Shown piece by piece: positions 63,374 through 64,000 of a DNA stretch of 64,000 nt (positions within the stretch are counted from its first letter, which is position 1; each line of letters opens with the position of its first letter). This stretch comes from a virus (taxonomy: Duplodnaviria; Heunggongvirae; Uroviricota; Caudoviricetes): the IMG/VR virus record IMGVR_UViG_3300028840_006985; one strand, written 5' to 3'. The notes below the pieces were generated by a model. That model was not told where the DNA came from. It ran no database searches and saw only the letters and a list, made by a program, of their open reading frames with translations. The position numbers and the translations under genes were made by a program.

Positions 63374-64000
63374 ATGAATCAAAAAATAAATAATCTTAAA
63401 AGAATTGCAAAGATAGTAGAGCATAAAACTCAAAAAAGAAGATTGCAAATTCTTTTTGATAGAATGATTAATTTTATAAAAAGTTCTGATTTTGTAGGAT
63501 TGCATTGTCAATCAAGACCTCGTAGTAGTCGTGGAAGAGAAGACACTATAGGATCTGGATCTTCTTATGCTCAAGGTGGAAAAAATTATGAGGATGTATT
63601 TCCATTTGTTCTTGACGGATTAACTTATAATTTAAGAGATAAAGCATCAGAGTTAGGCTTATTGGATATTCCCGACAAATATACTGACGAACATGATATT
63701 TGGTATGATAATGTTATAGATTTTTTAGATGAGTATAAAATTAGATGGATTTGGACAGATAGAAGAGAATTTTTAACTTCATATGGAGAATATTGTTATT
63801 TGGTACAAATTCCAGAAAAGGCAATTATTTATTATGACAATGATCCTAATATGGCAGGACCTGAGTCCGAGTTTTACGTATATGATTCTAACATTGCTGC
63901 ACCAAGGGTTTTTTTAGTTGAAGATTATTTTATAAATTATGTAGAAGAATATTTAAAAGGGCATAGAAAACCAGAATTAAAATTTAGTAGCGAAACTGGA
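63374..64000 (+). CDS. hypothetical protein, 3' partial (continues past the window end)
   Basis: ATG at 63374. The reading frame stays open for 627 nt to the window edge. Absent from the ORF track because no stop falls inside the window. Confidence 0.45.
   Translation, partial: MNQKINNLKRIAKIVEHKTQKRRLQILFDRMINFIKSSDFVGLHCQSRPRSSRGREDTIGSGSSYAQGGKNYEDVFPFVLDGLTYNLRDKASELGLLDIPDKYTDEHDIWYDNVIDFLDEYKIRWIWTDRREFLTSYGEYCYLVQIPEKAIIYYDNDPNMAGPESEFYVYDSNIAAPRVFLVEDYFINYVEEYLKGHRKPELKFSSETG

Noticed and set aside
1-64000. Alternative genetic code (stop-codon reassignment, as in some large gut phages)
   Set aside because: Long uninterrupted ORFs with recognisable conserved domains are obtained with the standard code. 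There is no systematic in-frame TAG/TGA within conserved genes.

Overview
This window reads as part of a large, AT-rich (about one-third GC by eye) tailed dsDNA phage genome. Almost every gene is on the + strand, tightly packed and often overlapping by a few bases. Order: a replication and recombination block (1-21 kb) with a DnaC-like loader, DnaB-like helicase, DnaG-like primase, SNF2 helicase, NusG paralog, RecA/UvsX-like recombinase, PD-(D/E)XK nuclease, RuvC-like resolvase, SSB, Dam methylase and beta sliding clamp. Then nucleotide metabolism: NrdG plus an NrdD that carries a 150-aa mini-intein, and a dUTPase. Then a long accessory region (25-51 kb) of small hypothetical, Cys-rich and membrane proteins, two HNH/NUMOD4 homing-endonuclease-like genes, an SPFH/band-7 protein, two pairs of repeat-protein paralogs, and several tandem or direct DNA repeats. 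One minus-strand KilA-N/Bro-N-like gene sits at 51.4-52.1 kb. The window ends with a T4-like head module (52-64 kb): large terminase, portal, prohead protease/scaffold, gp23-like major capsid protein. The anaerobic NrdDG pair suggests an anaerobic or facultative host. Recurrent non-coding signals: a sigma70-like TTGAC[A/T] promoter family with a CATCT..AGATG palindrome between -35 and -10 (four to five copies), and a near-perfect 17-19 bp palindrome AGTGCAATTCAATTGCACT present four times. Three of those copies sit just upstream of genes, including both members of a pair of left-handed-beta-helix (hexapeptide-repeat) paralogs whose ends are near-identical at nucleotide level while their middles have diverged. 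All calls come from reading the sequence and recalling family motifs. No database search was run.
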